NCBI GenBank assembly: GCA_001949185.1
Contig: BDGG01000002.1
Coordinates: 124,001 to 188,000 of the forward strand
Direction of reading: 5' to 3'
Length of the DNA: 64,000 bases
Origin: Ramazzottius varieornatus
Lineage: Eukaryota; Animalia; Tardigrada
The position numbers were made by a program, and so were the translations under genes. Of the stretch, positions 62,679 through 64,000 are shown in pieces. Within the stretch, counting starts at the first letter, position 1, and every line of letters begins with the position of its first letter. Under the pieces are notes generated by a model, which saw only the letters and a list, made by a program, of their open reading frames with translations, ran no database searches and was not told where the DNA came from.

Positions 62679-64000
62679 GCAACGGACTATGTACTGTGAT
62701 TCAGTCACGATTGTATTTGACGATTGTGTATGTGGCATATTTTCGGGGATTCCATTTGCTTAGTTTTTTAAATATTTTTGAAGGAGTGGGATGTGCGCTA
62801 ATGATGAAAGAGTAAGCGAAAAATGATAGCTCGAACTGCGATGCTAAATGTGCGCTCGCTCTAACAATATAATAACCGCACAGTGTACAAGCCTGCAGAT
62901 GTTGTTTTCGTCAAGTGTGTTTAATCCGCTTGACGACATGTGTCATAAAAGCGCATCATAAAGCTTGAAGGTTCGGTATCAGTTTCATCGGCGTCCATTA
63001 TGAGTTTATAGCTGGCAGAAGTATGAGGAACAACTATGGTTGACATGCAGGGCAATGAAACAGCTGCGCTATCGTTGGACTAGCCTATGCACGCCCATGT
63101 GACCACAGGAGTAACATGGCACAATTGACAGAACGATGATTCTTAGCACCGGCCAGAAATTAAAGCAAGGCAATGCTTAACGAATTCACTGACACCGTTT
63201 TCCTCAGTGAAGCACGACCTCAGCCAAGGCATAGAGAAGGTGCGCTACTTGGAAAGACAGTCAAGATCGACGAGAGTTTCCAACTGGCGCACGCTCTCAG
63301 CCACAAAACACTACCAACATGCGGTGGTTGAGATGACGACTTAGGCAGAATCTTTGCCGACATCTCAATCTGGAAAATCAAGCGAGCGACCTAGTGTCAT
63401 TTCAAAGAGAGTAATAAATTCCTGTGGCGAGTAGGCAGCTTGGAAGTTATTAGCATTCTTTTGTGGACACAATAAAGCCCCAGGTGTTAAGTGGCCGATC
63501 ACTGCTAGCGCTTTCATACCTGTATACGAATAGATTTTCAGCGCGCCATGATGGAAGCCAGTTAGAAGCCACCCGCTCTGTTATGTTATGCTTATCGATA
63601 CGCGGTCTGTCAATTTGCCAATGATTTGCCCAGCTTGTCAAAAGGTGTGCATTGGAGCCTAATACTTTCCTCAACAAGTGACAGGTGAAAAGAGATGAGC
63701 AGGCTACAGCTGACAACGACCGGCAGTTTATTGGGCAGTCGATTGGTCCACGACTGATCCGTGAAGTGCTTGTGTACGGCCCAGAATATGCTACAGTCAT
63801 ACAATCACTGCCCACTTCAAGTCGATTTATATGGGCAGCTGAACAGCTTCATTCGCTCATACAGACTGTTTTCCGATGGCCACGACAGTCTTTGCCAAGT
63901 ATCCTCGGCCTATAGTGGCAAATTTAGTCAACGAGCACTTGATTAAAACATCACTGCCCTTTCTTGTCATGCGCTCTTCGGCAACTTTCATCCAAACTGC

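Overview
Gene-dense eukaryotic (animal, invertebrate) genomic DNA with short GT-AG introns; the compact layout would fit a tardigrade-type genome, but that is inference only. Spliced genes reconstructed by hand: a multi-Tudor protein (3' part), an ADAMTS-like/THSD4-type ECM protein carrying a 13-unit 22-aa repeat, phospholipase D, SGT co-chaperone, two paralogous C-type lectin + unknown domain + Ly6/three-finger surface proteins, a D1/octopamine-type GPCR, DNAJC12, bicistronic MOCS1A/B, tRNA-Asn, MTG1 and hydroxylysine kinase. Four intron-containing pseudogenes (ZC4H2, GT10 fucosyltransferase, TDO, adenylate-kinase-like) and several mobile elements are present: two CRE-clade LINE remnants, a pogo element, several MITEs and a Polinton/Maverick remnant. 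The strongest unexplained signals are (1) 35 or more copies of a mostly intronic inverted motif AAGTGGCGCAC-N25-GTGCGCCACTT with a nearly fixed 25-nt spacer and ~82-bp tandem period, (2) a Polinton-type pPolB gene interrupted by three spliceosomal introns, (3) the lectin-X-Ly6 gene pair and (4) the ADAMTSL repeat insert.
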